A stretch of 64,000 bases of DNA from Candidatus Cloacimonadales bacterium (lineage in GTDB: Bacteria; Cloacimonadota; Cloacimonadia; Cloacimonadales; DAONDQ01), in contig OY759316.1 of assembly GCA_963662275.1 (NCBI GenBank), positions 1,504,001 to 1,568,000 of the forward strand, given 5' to 3'. The notes under the pieces are model-generated. The model was not told where the DNA came from. It made no database searches and saw nothing but the letters and a program-made list of their open reading frames with translations. Numbering within the stretch: position 1 is the stretch's first letter; the number at the start of each line of letters is the position of its first letter. The position numbers were made by a program, and so were the translations under genes. This document shows positions 8,742-19,028 of the stretch, piece by piece.

Positions 8742-11693
8742 TTACTTCATCAGGATGATCTTCCTTGAGGATAGTGAATTCCCATCTTTCACCTGGACAA
8801 GATAAATACCACTCGGACAGGTTACATTCTTTGCATCAGTTCCATCCCAGGATAGATTATATTCACCCGCATTCTTCATACCTGTAGCCAATGTACGAAT
8901 GTGCTGTCCTTTCAGATTATAAATTTCAATCTTCACATCGGATGTTTTTGTGATCGAGAAGGGAATACTCACTGATTGATTGAAAGGATTTGGATACATA
9001 TTTTGTAAAACAAGATTCCCATTACTCGTGGGGGTTTGAGGAGTGTCAGGTGTACCTTTCCCTTTTAAGGTCAGGTTGAATGTTGGATAGAAACCGACTC
9101 GGGCTTCTTTTCCGCCACTGACATCAGTAATACCAAATACAAGGGTATGATCATCAGCCATCATATCAGTATTTCTGACTTTGATCGTAATTTCCTTTGG
9201 AGTTGAACATCCAGCCGGGAAAACAACTGTTTGTGGGACAAAGTTCTCAACTTCATTTGAATCCCCATCCCTGAAGATGATCTGGGCAATTGTGGGTTCA
9301 GTTGGGCTTGGATTTTCTATCGAAACATTCATTGTTACAGTACCGGTTTCCTTATCGAAGGCAGCACTTGCAGGACTGAATCCTAACACTGTATTAGTCG
9401 CTTTCGTTCCGTATACACTGGATACATATTCCGGGTGATCAATATACGGATTGCGATTTGTCAGGAAGGTCTTGATAGATGCATTACGATTAAATTCCCA
9501 GGTACTAACCGGATCAGCAGTATTCCAAGCGAGCATCGTGGGCAGCATATCCACACCGTCTATACTTAGGCTCATCTCGTAACGAGTGTTGAAATACAAC
9601 AATGCCCTAGCGCAATCACCTTTGTGTTGGGCTGATGGTTCAAACACAGTCTGTCCTGCTGCATTTGTTCCCCGTTTGCTGACATAGCCATTATATGAAG
9701 AATAGGTTGTTGTTTGAGTTGTTACTACACCATAGGGTATATTTCCCCTGGAAGAATTAACACCGGAGTTAGTAGGGAAAAGATGATGCAGATCCGCTGT
9801 CTTTTGATTCACTTCACTTGTGCCCATCCAGCTTTGGCAGAATGTATGCTCTGTATTTGGATCCGTACTGCCGGTATAGGTTGTTCCAACAGTATAATTC
9901 TGACCGATATACACACATTGAATAACATTTCCGGCTGTCAAATCGAGGGTTTGATACAGATACACTTTTGCTCCTGAATAACTTGAATATGTATTTGTAG
10001 AAATCAGATTATGTAAGCCTGTCTTTAATGCTGCACCGGTAAGACCTGCAACAGGAGTGTAATAACCATTGAATGGATCAGTGGCAGTGGTAGTCGCAGA
10101 AATAGTATTCGAGGAAGCACTCGTGCCGTAAGTGTTATAGGCTCGTACTCTGTAATAGTATATAGTAGAAGCACTTAATCCTGTCACTGATTTGGTTGTT
10201 GTTGTGACTACAAGATTATTGAAACCGGTGACGAAAGTACCGAATGAGTTACTTGTGGAGACATCCAGGTAATAACCTGTTGCACCTGTGGAAGCATTCC
10301 AGTTTGCCGTGAAACTGTTCAATGTAATCGAAGAGGCTGTTATCGCTACAGGTGCGGATGGTGCTGAACCGGCAGTACTGGTAGTAAAAGATAGATCAGT
10401 TCCATATGCAGTGCCAGCGCTGTTGGTTGCATAAGCTCTGACATGATAGAGCGTTGATGCAGTTAATCCTGTAATAGCGCTTGTGAATGTACCAGTACCA
10501 GTACCATTGGTTGTATGGTTTCCTGTTGCTACTGGATTTGCTGTCGTAGCCCAGCATACACCTTTTGCCGTGACAGAAGCTCCGCCATCAGCGGTAACAT
10601 TTCCTCCACTTGTGGCAGTTGTTGATGTGATTGCAGAGGGAGTAGTCGTTGAAACTGTCGGTATGACTGCTGCAGGGGTACTTGTAGTAAAAGACAGATC
10701 AGTTCCATAAGCAGTACCAGCGCTATTGGTCGCATAAGCTCTGACATGATAGAGCGTTGATGCAGTTAATCCTGTAATAGCACTTGTGAATGTACCAGTA
10801 CCAGTGCCGTTTGAAGTATGGCTTCCTGTTGCTACGGGATTTGCTGTTGTAGCCCAGCATACACCTTTTGCTGTGACAGAAGCTCCGCCATCAGCGGTAA
10901 CATTTCCTCCACTTGTTGCTATGGTTGTTGTTATTGCTGATGGAGTAGTAGTCGATACTGTCGGCACAGTAGCTGCAGCTCCTGCGGCAGTGATGGATAC
11001 ATTATCAATACCCAATCCTTGGGCATTTGTGGTTGTAGTACCGGATGTGACTGAATAATTCCAGGCAAGATATAGACTGCTTCCAGTTGCTAGTGTTGTC
11101 GTGAGTGTTTTACTCGTAACATTTGAAGTACTCCCGGGAGCAGTGGTGAAACCATTATTATCGGCATTGGCAGCAAAAGAAGTCAGGAAGTTTGCTCCCG
11201 CTGATGTCCATGTTGTTCCATTCGTTGAATAATACATTTGAATTGAATAACCAGCAGCATTTGAGCCATTCCGATATTTCTCAACACCATAAGAAATTGT
11301 GAAACTTGAAATAGAAGATGTTCCATTATTAGTTAATATCGTATATAGATTACCGCTAACTGTACCAGTTCCAGATGAAATCCAGCCTACAGCGCGATCT
11401 GTGGCAGTACTGGCAACACCGGCTCCATAATTGTAAATTCCGTTTCCAGCAGTGGAAGACATAGAATTTCCTGCTGATAGAGCTGTCGCTGTTAAAGCTG
11501 CAGAATATGTCCCCAATGTCCGAGCTGTAGTATTCTTATCTACCTTCCATCCGGTAGGTAAGGTTGCGGTAGCGCTTGTTCCAATGGTGAACCCTTCGGT
11601 TATGTTACCACCGGCACTTATGTTTATGGCTGAAAGGGTGGATATCGTAACCATAAAAATAAGAAGAATATAAACTAGATTCTTTTTCAACAC
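8742..11693 (-). CDS. Secreted endonuclease I-family nuclease with FN3 repeats and FlgD-like tail
   Basis: Likely GTG start 11693 with RBS GAGAGG; NTEHTFCQSW, DLHHLFPT, NSSRGN, KGDCARALLYFNTRY, NRNPYIDHPEY; YHVRAYATN FN3 units. Confidence 0.85.
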   Translation of the reverse strand: MLKKNLVYILLIFMVTISTLSAINISAGGNITEGFTIGTSATATLPTGWKVDKNTTARTLGTYSAALTATALSAGNSMSSTAGNGIYNYGAGVASTATDRAVGWISSGTGTVSGNLYTILTNNGTSSISSFTISYGVEKYRNGSNAAGYSIQMYYSTNGTTWTSAGANFLTSFAANADNNGFTTAPGSTSNVTSKTLTTTLATGSSLYLAWNYSVTSGTTTTNAQGLGIDNVSITAAGAAATVPTVSTTTPSAITTTIATSGGNVTADGGASVTAKGVCWATTANPVATGSHTSNGTGTGTFTSAITGLTASTLYHVRAYATNSAGTAYGTDLSFTTSTPAAVIPTVSTTTPSAITSTTATSGGNVTADGGASVTAKGVCWATTANPVATGNHTTNGTGTGTFTSAITGLTASTLYHVRAYATNSAGTAYGTDLSFTTSTAGSAPSAPVAITASSITLNSFTANWNASTGATGYYLDVSTSNSFGTFVTGFNNLVVTTTTKSVTGLSASTIYYYRVRAYNTYGTSASSNTISATTTATDPFNGYYTPVAGLTGAALKTGLHNLISTNTYSSYSGAKVYLYQTLDLTAGNVIQCVYIGQNYTVGTTYTGSTDPNTEHTFCQSWMGTSEVNQKTADLHHLFPTNSGVNSSRGNIPYGVVTTQTTTYSSYNGYVSKRGTNAAGQTVFEPSAQHKGDCARALLYFNTRYEMSLSIDGVDMLPTMLAWNTADPVSTWEFNRNASIKTFLTNRNPYIDHPEYVSSVYGTKATNTVLGFSPASAAFDKETGTVTMNVSIENPSPTEPTIAQIIFRDGDSNEVENFVPQTVVFPAGCSTPKEITIKVRNTDMMADDHTLVFGITDVSGGKEARVGFYPTFNLTLKGKGTPDTPQTPTSNGNLVLQNMYPNPFNQSVSIPFSITKTSDVKIEIYNLKGQHIRTLATGMKNAGEYNLSWDGTDAKNVTCPSGIYLVQVKDGNSLSSRKIILMK
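10381..10964. repeat. Tandem duplication (period 303 bp) encoding two near-identical FN3-like modules
   Basis: 10381-10661 matches 10684-10964. Confidence 0.85.
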
Positions 11694-12146
11694 ATTACAC
11701 CTCTCTTTTGATTTTTTTAGAATGTTCTGGTTTGACAAGTAACCACTTGAATCACATATGTTAATTGTGACATTTTGTGAAACCTTGCAAAAATAATGCA
11801 AGGATTTTATTTAGAAAAGATCATTTATTTTGTGTCTTGTGAATTTGATTAACCAAGAATCTGAAAGAAATCACGAATAAACCAGGAAAATTATGTAATT
11901 TCAAGATTGTTATATTTCGATTAACTTATTTATACATTTGTACATATCGTATCAATTCTCTCATCTGAATTGCACATGAAAACCAAAGCAGAGACGCCCA
12001 ACTTAAGCGTCTCTACACTGTGAACAATCCTTCATGACCACTAATTACTAGATAATATTCTATCAAAAAGGCAATTTACGAGATATCTCTTGACATATAG
12101 AAACATATTGTTTTAATCAAGACATATTTAGAGAAAGGAGTTTCTT

Positions 12147-13403
12147 ATGAAAAGATTTGGTAGTGTAATTTTAATCTGCTTATTACCACTTATATTAATC
12201 GGTATGAGTACAGATTGGATGAATCAGATTCGTACTCCAAACAATCCTTCAAATGTTGCTAATATCTTAAGTAAAATTGCGGATTTGAATGGCAGAGACA
12301 ATGCTCGTACCTGGATGCAATCGGAAGTCATTAATCAAAGTTGGACGACCGAATGGACAGGTACATTCCGGTCTGTATATACTTATAATAGTCAGGGTAA
12401 TATGGCAACAGTAACTTACTTTTTACCTGAAACCAATACTTCTGGATGGTCAACTTTCCAAAGAATTACTTATACTTATAATGAACAGAATTGGATGACG
12501 ATGGTATACTATGAATCGTTCTCTACTGGCAACTGGTTACCTCAATACCGCTTATTAGTGACATATACCGGTGAATTTTCTGCGGAGTCTGTTTCGCAAA
12601 ACTGGTCAACTGATACTAATTCCTGGACTGATACTTATAAGACTTTTATGACATACAATGCCTCTCATCAATTGGCCGAAAGCCTAATGCAATCCTACCA
12701 GGGAGAAAACCTGGTAAATGTGTCCAAGACAATTTATACCTATGAGAATGGGCATTATACAGAATTGTTAAGCCAGAGCTGGGTGAATTCTGTATGGGTT
12801 AACGGTGGAAGACAGCTTTTTACATATAATGGAAATGATGAAGTTTTGTATTATTATCAAGCTTGGACAAACGATGCTTGGCAAAACACAACAAAGAGAA
12901 CCACTAGTTATATTAGTCCCAGTCATCCAGAAGTTATTATCATTTATAATTGGGGTGCAGATATTACAGATTGGCAATTGTCTCAGCAATCACTCTATAT
13001 GTATGATGCAGATAATAACTATTCGATCATTTTGTCACAAAACTATACTGGTGGAACTTGGATCGATGCATCCAGGCAACTGTTTTCCTGGTCGAATATT
13101 ACAGGGAACGATGAGCAGATTTCTTCTGCTCCTGTAATGAGCTCTAGTAACTACCCCAATCCTTTTCACCAGGCTACATCGATTTGTTTTCAATTAAAAA
13201 AACAAGCGAGTGGGAATATTGAAATTTATAATATCAAAGGACAGAAAGTCAAAATAATTCCTTTCCAGTTTCAGTCAGGCAGTCATGAATTGAAATGGGA
13301 TGGTAGAGATGAGATGAATCGGGAAACTAGTTCCGGTATTTATTTGTATCATGTTAATGTCAATCATGTTCCTGTGATACGAAAAATGGTCAAGTTATTC
13401 TGA
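12147..13403 (+). CDS. Secreted repeat protein with FlgD-like tail
   Basis: Signal peptide; repeated W...YTY units; NYPNPF...IYNIKGQ...SSGIY. Confidence 0.8.
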   Translation: MKRFGSVILICLLPLILIGMSTDWMNQIRTPNNPSNVANILSKIADLNGRDNARTWMQSEVINQSWTTEWTGTFRSVYTYNSQGNMATVTYFLPETNTSGWSTFQRITYTYNEQNWMTMVYYESFSTGNWLPQYRLLVTYTGEFSAESVSQNWSTDTNSWTDTYKTFMTYNASHQLAESLMQSYQGENLVNVSKTIYTYENGHYTELLSQSWVNSVWVNGGRQLFTYNGNDEVLYYYQAWTNDAWQNTTKRTTSYISPSHPEVIIIYNWGADITDWQLSQQSLYMYDADNNYSIILSQNYTGGTWIDASRQLFSWSNITGNDEQISSAPVMSSSNYPNPFHQATSICFQLKKQASGNIEIYNIKGQKVKIIPFQFQSGSHELKWDGRDEMNRETSSGIYLYHVNVNHVPVIRKMVKLF

Positions 13404-13420
13404 TTTGTAATTCTAGCTAT

Positions 13421-13449
13421 AAAAGTGGGGGCATCATCCCCACTTTTTT
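13421..13449 (+). terminator. Intrinsic terminator
   Basis: aaaagtgggg-gcatcat-ccccactttttt. Confidence 0.8.
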
Positions 13450-13991
13450 ATTCGTAAATGTTTTAATCTCTATTTAATGACTCATAACTGACTTATCTGT
13501 TTATACTAATTTATCTTTGAAGATTCTATATCAAAATAGAATAAAATCCGTTTTATGGACCTCGTTAAGGGTTTATGGTGTTTAATGTTGAATAGCATTT
13601 GTGCAATGATAATTGCAACTATATTTGTATTTCTAGTTTCATTAAATTAGATTTAGTTAAATAAATCTTGACGGTCTATTTGTTTTTTTATAAATAAATA
13701 AAGAGTTTATAATGCTTTTTAAAGTGTATTTAAAGCTCTAGTTAATCTCAATCAAAAAAATAGTTCGTTTACTTCGAAAGTATAATGCATTAGATGCAGA
13801 TGAGATGGTAGCGCAATTTAACTTTACTAATCTGCAGTGAGTGATCAATTGTACAACATGCATATTCTTCAACTGGATGGAACAGATTGGCGAGTACTAC
13901 TAAAGGAAGCGACCAGTAGGAATTTACGATATATAAATCGTTTGTAAAATTTTCAGAGTAAAGTATCTGCAAATAGTGAGCTAGTAAAAAA

Positions 13992-16433
13992 GTGCGAATG
14001 GAGAGAAGAGTGAGTTCCAATATCAGAGGCAAACAATTATTCATAAGCTATTCAAGTTCAGACATAGATTTTGCCAATAATCTATGTCTGATTCTTGAAG
14101 AGAATGGAGTGAACTGCTGGATTGCTCCGCGTGATATTAGACCCGGTTGTTATTGGGATGAAGAAATTAGCTATGCTGCTGATGAATGTAGTGGGTTGGC
14201 ATTATTGTTAAGTGAGAATTCGAATAGATCAGATATTGTGGCGAAAGAAGTAGCATTATTTGCGAGCAGAGGGAAAGCTATATTTCCATTAAGAATTGAA
14301 CCAGTGATACTCTCTAAGAGACTTGAGTTACATTGCAGTTCTCTTCATTGGATTGATTTAAAGGAAGAAGAATTACCCCAATGTGCGATAATGTTAGTAG
14401 ATTCCATAAAACAAAAATTGTGCATTTCAGACAGTGTATCCAATCAGACTGTATCAAGTGGTCAGTATGTTCAATCATCATTACCATTCTCATCCAACCC
14501 GATAGGAAATATGATATCTAGTGAAATCTCGTATAGTAATGCAATTGCCAGATTAGGTATATGTCCTTTGACTTATCATCGAGAAGTACTGATACAAAAA
14601 GGACTAATTGCCTTGAGGAATGGGAAATTCCAAGGTATTTTATTACAGGGCTTACCTGGTTGTGGTAAAACAACCTTGATGGTAGAAATAGCACAGGAAG
14701 TGAAAAGCGATTTTGATATATTTATTAGCTTTCGCTTTAGCGGGCAGCGAGAGATAGATCCCTCTTTCTTCATTTATGAACTAAACAAATGCTTAAAATG
14801 CATAGGTCGTGAAATAGATACCGCAGGGATTCAAAAGGCAGATTTCAGGATTATTTTGCAGAACTTGGTATCCCGATTATCAGATCAAAAGGTATTGCTT
14901 TTGCTTGACTCAGTCGATATGGCACCACTTGGAGTCATCGACACATTACTTAGTGCGTTACCAGTTGCACCACATGTAAGAACAATAATGACAGCTCAAC
15001 TCAGAGTCACTGGAAAATTAGGAGCAACTGCCATAGATGTTCCTCAGTTATTAATTGAAGAGACTGAGGAATTAATCCATCTATTTTCTGATTTGACGGG
15101 TATAGAAATAGATGTGAGTGATTTTATTACAAAATTACCTAAATATGTTGTCTGTAATCCATCTGCTCTGATGGTTGTATTAAGGAATCTTATTGACATC
15201 CCCTTGGAATTTCTCTTACCTGATAATCTGCCTGAGGAATCGAGAGTCGCTTTTGAGATGAATAAGCATATAATAGAATCATTGACCAGCGAAGAAAAAG
15301 ATCTCTTATGTTTAATCGCATTTTTTGATGATGTGAAATTGATTTCGGTTCGAGAAGCGCTTTTAATTACATTTCCTATCAATTTTGGTCAATTAATCGG
15401 TAAGTTAGTAGATCGCTCACTTATCACACGTACTGGAGACAGTTTCTATGTAGCTTCAATTGTGTGGGATGGTCTTGTCGAGGTTTGTGGTGATCGTATT
15501 CAATCTATTGCCCAGAAATTAGCCACAGCGGTTGAATCTTCAACACAAAAAATTCAAAGATTGAACTCTGATGAGGCAGATAACTTAGCACTTCCTATAT
15601 GTGCAGTGATTCATAAACTTCATGAACTGAAAATGTGGGATTTACTGATAACTCTAACCTGTGAAAAATTCTTGGAAACCTTGAACATTAGAGGTTTTTG
15701 GAAAGAATACTGGTATATTTTGCGACTGTTATTCGATTCTTATCGAAGTTCTGGTAATTTATTAGCTGGAGCTGGGATTGGGTTTAGGATTCTCAGAAAA
15801 GCTTTCCAGATGAAGGATGAGGCACTTGGGAAAAAGATTCTTCAAGAACTTTCACAAGTAATACTGATTGAGGATTCGCTGAATTATGCTGAACTGTTGA
15901 GCCATACTGCTTTATATACTGAACGAAGTGTAAATCCGGAACAAGCTTTAAAAGAACTTGAGGAAAGCTGCAGAATTAGAGAAAAATTAGGAGATTCGAT
16001 AGGATTGGCAATCGTAAAAAAATTAATCGGGAATATCTACCTTAGAAAAGGTGAATTTACTAAAGCGAGCGAATATTACAAAGAATCGTTAGGACTCTTG
16101 GAAAAGTTACAGGATGAGTTCAAGCAATCTCTGGAAACCGAAACCAGCTTAGCATTGTGTGATTTGATGTCTGGTCATGTTGAAGTGGCAGAAAATAGGC
16201 TTCGTGAAGTCATCGAGATGTGTCACAGAACTGGTTATATGGCTGGTTTACCTCGGGCATATTATCATTTAGTATTGGTGATGAATCAACTTGGCCGATT
16301 TCTAGAGGGTGTTCATTACGCAGAGCTAGCGATTATCGAAGCGAAGAAAACTTTTTCGGATATTGCCATAGCTGCGAATCTGTTGCTATCTTTTTGTCAG
16401 CAAAAAATAGTACATGAAGGAGAAGAAAAATGA
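13992..16433 (+). CDS. TIR - STAND P-loop NTPase - TPR (NLR-like) protein; start possibly GTG 14010
   Basis: TIR LFISYSSSD...CWIAPRDI...SDIVAKEV; Walker A GLPGCGKT; Walker B VLLLLDSVD; NPSAL; wHTH-like LVDRSLI; TPR IGNIYLRKGEFTKASEYYKESL. Confidence 0.88.
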   Translation: MRMERRVSSNIRGKQLFISYSSSDIDFANNLCLILEENGVNCWIAPRDIRPGCYWDEEISYAADECSGLALLLSENSNRSDIVAKEVALFASRGKAIFPLRIEPVILSKRLELHCSSLHWIDLKEEELPQCAIMLVDSIKQKLCISDSVSNQTVSSGQYVQSSLPFSSNPIGNMISSEISYSNAIARLGICPLTYHREVLIQKGLIALRNGKFQGILLQGLPGCGKTTLMVEIAQEVKSDFDIFISFRFSGQREIDPSFFIYELNKCLKCIGREIDTAGIQKADFRIILQNLVSRLSDQKVLLLLDSVDMAPLGVIDTLLSALPVAPHVRTIMTAQLRVTGKLGATAIDVPQLLIEETEELIHLFSDLTGIEIDVSDFITKLPKYVVCNPSALMVVLRNLIDIPLEFLLPDNLPEESRVAFEMNKHIIESLTSEEKDLLCLIAFFDDVKLISVREALLITFPINFGQLIGKLVDRSLITRTGDSFYVASIVWDGLVEVCGDRIQSIAQKLATAVESSTQKIQRLNSDEADNLALPICAVIHKLHELKMWDLLITLTCEKFLETLNIRGFWKEYWYILRLLFDSYRSSGNLLAGAGIGFRILRKAFQMKDEALGKKILQELSQVILIEDSLNYAELLSHTALYTERSVNPEQALKELEESCRIREKLGDSIGLAIVKKLIGNIYLRKGEFTKASEYYKESLGLLEKLQDEFKQSLETETSLALCDLMSGHVEVAENRLREVIEMCHRTGYMAGLPRAYYHLVLVMNQLGRFLEGVHYAELAIIEAKKTFSDIAIAANLLLSFCQQKIVHEGEEK

Positions 16434-16690
16434 GTGAAACTTTAGATGATATCGCATTACGAAGGCTCATTACTGATGAGATGCAAAAAAGGGTATTAGA
16501 AGTGATAAGTTGTAACGGGTGGTTAAATTTGGATAGTAGATCAAACTATGAATCTATTCCAGAGTTTATTGCTTCAAACGGTCATGATATCAAAAAAGTA
16601 CAAATGATTTTTGAAGACATTTGGGTTCATTTTAACACTGAAGTTGTTTTACCACTATCAACCGAGATTGCTCCATATTTTTCTGGATAA
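16430..16690 (+). CDS. Unknown 86-aa protein, coupled to the TIR-STAND gene
   Basis: ATGA overlap and RBS AGGAG; no recognisable motif. Confidence 0.7.
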   Translation: MSETLDDIALRRLITDEMQKRVLEVISCNGWLNLDSRSNYESIPEFIASNGHDIKKVQMIFEDIWVHFNTEVVLPLSTEIAPYFSG

Positions 16691-16699
16691 TAAATCACA

Positions 16700-18628
16700 A
16701 TGAAGAATTTTGACAAGCTTACTAAATTGCTTATTCATGCAGGACTTAATAGTCCCTACTATGCCGATAAGATATCAATAAATCAAGATACTCCCCCTGA
16801 GGCTATAGAATCTTATCTAAATTCAATACCAATTCTTAATAAAAGAGATGTTAGACAAAAAAAGCACAGAATGCTGTCATCTATTGCTGATCTTTCTGAG
16901 ATTAAAAGACTACAAACTACAGGAACTACCGGTGAGCCTCTTGATATATTTGTTGATAAGTCATTTATCAATAATGAAAATCTTCTTTTCGGTAAGCATA
17001 TCACGCGATGTCTTAGAAATTCCGATTGGACTTCAAAAATAACCTATTACCTTCAGCTACATGCTAGTGCAACTTCAAATTGTATGCCTGCAATATGGAA
17101 TCCAAACAGCTACGTCGTGAAATGGAACCTTGCACGAGCCTGGCAAGCGACGGATAATCATTTCCTAGAGTACCTGGACAGAATCAATGATTGTGTTGTA
17201 ACTACAATGCCATCCGTAGCAGATTTATTATGCAGGAGAATTACTGAAGCAAAAGCGATTGGGCGAATAAAACCTTTACTTGTGATTTGTTCTGGTGAAT
17301 CACTCTCAGAAAAAGTAAGAGATAAGATTCAAAGTGCTTTTCAATGTCCTGTTACATCATTATATACAATGACAGAATCTGGAATAGCGGCTTTTGAAAT
17401 AGAAAATGGATTGTATGATGTGGAAAGTGATTCGGTATTTCTTGAAATATTAGATGAGAATGCAAAACGAGTTAATCCTGGTGTAGAAGGAAACATTATT
17501 GTGACCGTCCTGAATAATTTCATCATGCCATTAATCAGGTACCAAACTGGTGATAGAGGTAGTTGGACAGATAACGGGCTATTAAGAATCAGCGAAGGAA
17601 GAATTCCGTACCATTTGATAACAACTTCAGGTGGGACTGTCAATTCAGTAAGATTCGCAAAAATACTGGCATCTTTGAATGTCGAAAAGTATGCTTTTAG
17701 CCAGGATGAGTCGGGCGCTATCACTTTCTCCTATTTTTCGACTGATAACCAATTAGATTCTATGAGTTGCAATGTTATTCAGGCAGCAATTTTAGGTTCA
17801 ATTGGACCGGGTATGAAAGTAATATTTAAGAGGTTAACTGAACCGGAGAAAGTATCGGAATATGATAATCGAAAAGTATCATTAAATCAAATTTCTGTGA
17901 AGTCCGCTGAACAGATTGGACCAAATATTGAGGAAGTTTCGAGTTGGTTAAAGAGTGTTCTTAGTAATGAACCTCAAATATTTTCTGCTGTTCTGACCGG
18001 TTCTTTTTTAGATTTGACTGGTTCAACCCGATATAGTGATATTGACCTAGTTATTTTTGTAGAAGGGAATCCGATAGCTACTCGTTGGTTAATGCTTACA
18101 AAGAAGCTAAAAAAAAGAATTCCTTCAATTTCTGTACATATAGATACCCAGAAAGACTTACATAAACGCTCTCCCATGCTTGCATGTCGTTTGCTACGAG
18201 AACACAGTCAAGTTATAGGGTATCCCATCGAAGATGTTGTGCTATTGCCTGATACAAAACTCATCAAAGAACAAGGTGTTTATCGAAGCCAGGAAGTTCT
18301 TGGGCTTTTACAGTTACAACTGGCAAATGTTGAACAAGATAGATTGAATCCGATTCGTGAAGCATGGATTACACGGAAGTTCCTGATAGATATTTTTCGA
18401 TATAGATATATCCTCCAGGGAGAGCAAGAAACTTCTTTATCTTACATTGTTCAGAAAATGCAAAATGATCCTATCATCAATATTCAGGAACTCAAGTGCA
18501 TTGATAATATGCATCAAACTGCCTGCGAATATATTCCGCCACTCTCAGATTATGAACAAATTTCATCTTGGTATTATGTAGCATTAAAACTTATTAAAGA
18601 TGTTCAATGTGAAATTATGAATAATTGA
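16700..18628 (+). CDS. PaaK/CapK-like adenylate-forming (ANL) ligase fused to a Pol-beta-type nucleotidyltransferase and a helical C-domain
   Basis: QTTGTTGEP, CSGESL, LYTMTESG, MPLIRYQTGDRG; then VLTGSF...SDIDLVIFV. Confidence 0.82.
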   Translation: MKNFDKLTKLLIHAGLNSPYYADKISINQDTPPEAIESYLNSIPILNKRDVRQKKHRMLSSIADLSEIKRLQTTGTTGEPLDIFVDKSFINNENLLFGKHITRCLRNSDWTSKITYYLQLHASATSNCMPAIWNPNSYVVKWNLARAWQATDNHFLEYLDRINDCVVTTMPSVADLLCRRITEAKAIGRIKPLLVICSGESLSEKVRDKIQSAFQCPVTSLYTMTESGIAAFEIENGLYDVESDSVFLEILDENAKRVNPGVEGNIIVTVLNNFIMPLIRYQTGDRGSWTDNGLLRISEGRIPYHLITTSGGTVNSVRFAKILASLNVEKYAFSQDESGAITFSYFSTDNQLDSMSCNVIQAAILGSIGPGMKVIFKRLTEPEKVSEYDNRKVSLNQISVKSAEQIGPNIEEVSSWLKSVLSNEPQIFSAVLTGSFLDLTGSTRYSDIDLVIFVEGNPIATRWLMLTKKLKKRIPSISVHIDTQKDLHKRSPMLACRLLREHSQVIGYPIEDVVLLPDTKLIKEQGVYRSQEVLGLLQLQLANVEQDRLNPIREAWITRKFLIDIFRYRYILQGEQETSLSYIVQKMQNDPIINIQELKCIDNMHQTACEYIPPLSDYEQISSWYYVALKLIKDVQCEIMNN

Positions 18629-18805
18629 CTTTTTTGTTTTAAAAGAAGAAAAAAAATAAGATTATGATTAGCTACGAGTCTATGTTTAAATATAACTAAT
18701 CCATCCAAACTCATAATAATTCAAAAAGTGGCATAAATAAATGAGGAAACCACGGCAATAATATGCGAGAAAAACGCAAAAAGACATTTTTATTAATTCT
18801 GTAGA

Positions 18806-19028
18806 TAAGGGGGGCAGGAATAAGAGAGAAATGGTAATAGTTAAGAAGGTGTAGGCTGTGACGGCATGACGGCAATTTTAACAGTTTTTGAGAATAAGAG
18901 AAATTTTAAGAAGAAAAGGGAATTGTGCATAAATAAACGAGAAATTTAAGGGCTATTTACTGCATAAATAAACGAGAAATTTAAGGGCTATTTACTGCAT
19001 AAATAAACGAGAAATTTAAGGGCTATTT
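18806..19028 (+). repeat. Prophage left end: putative transposase-binding sites
   Basis: Terminal site GCAGGAATAAGAGAGAAAT at 18814, plus a 35-bp unit TGCATAAATAAACGAGAAATTTAAGGGCTATTTAC at 18926, 18961 and 18996. Confidence 0.85.

Noticed and set aside
13992..18628. TIR operon as cargo inside the intact prophage
   Set aside because: Lies outside the GTAGA duplication, and I found no end motif upstream of it
18926..19028. CRISPR-like 35-bp repeats
   Set aside because: Head-to-tail with no unique spacers, no cas genes, and they match the prophage right-end motif
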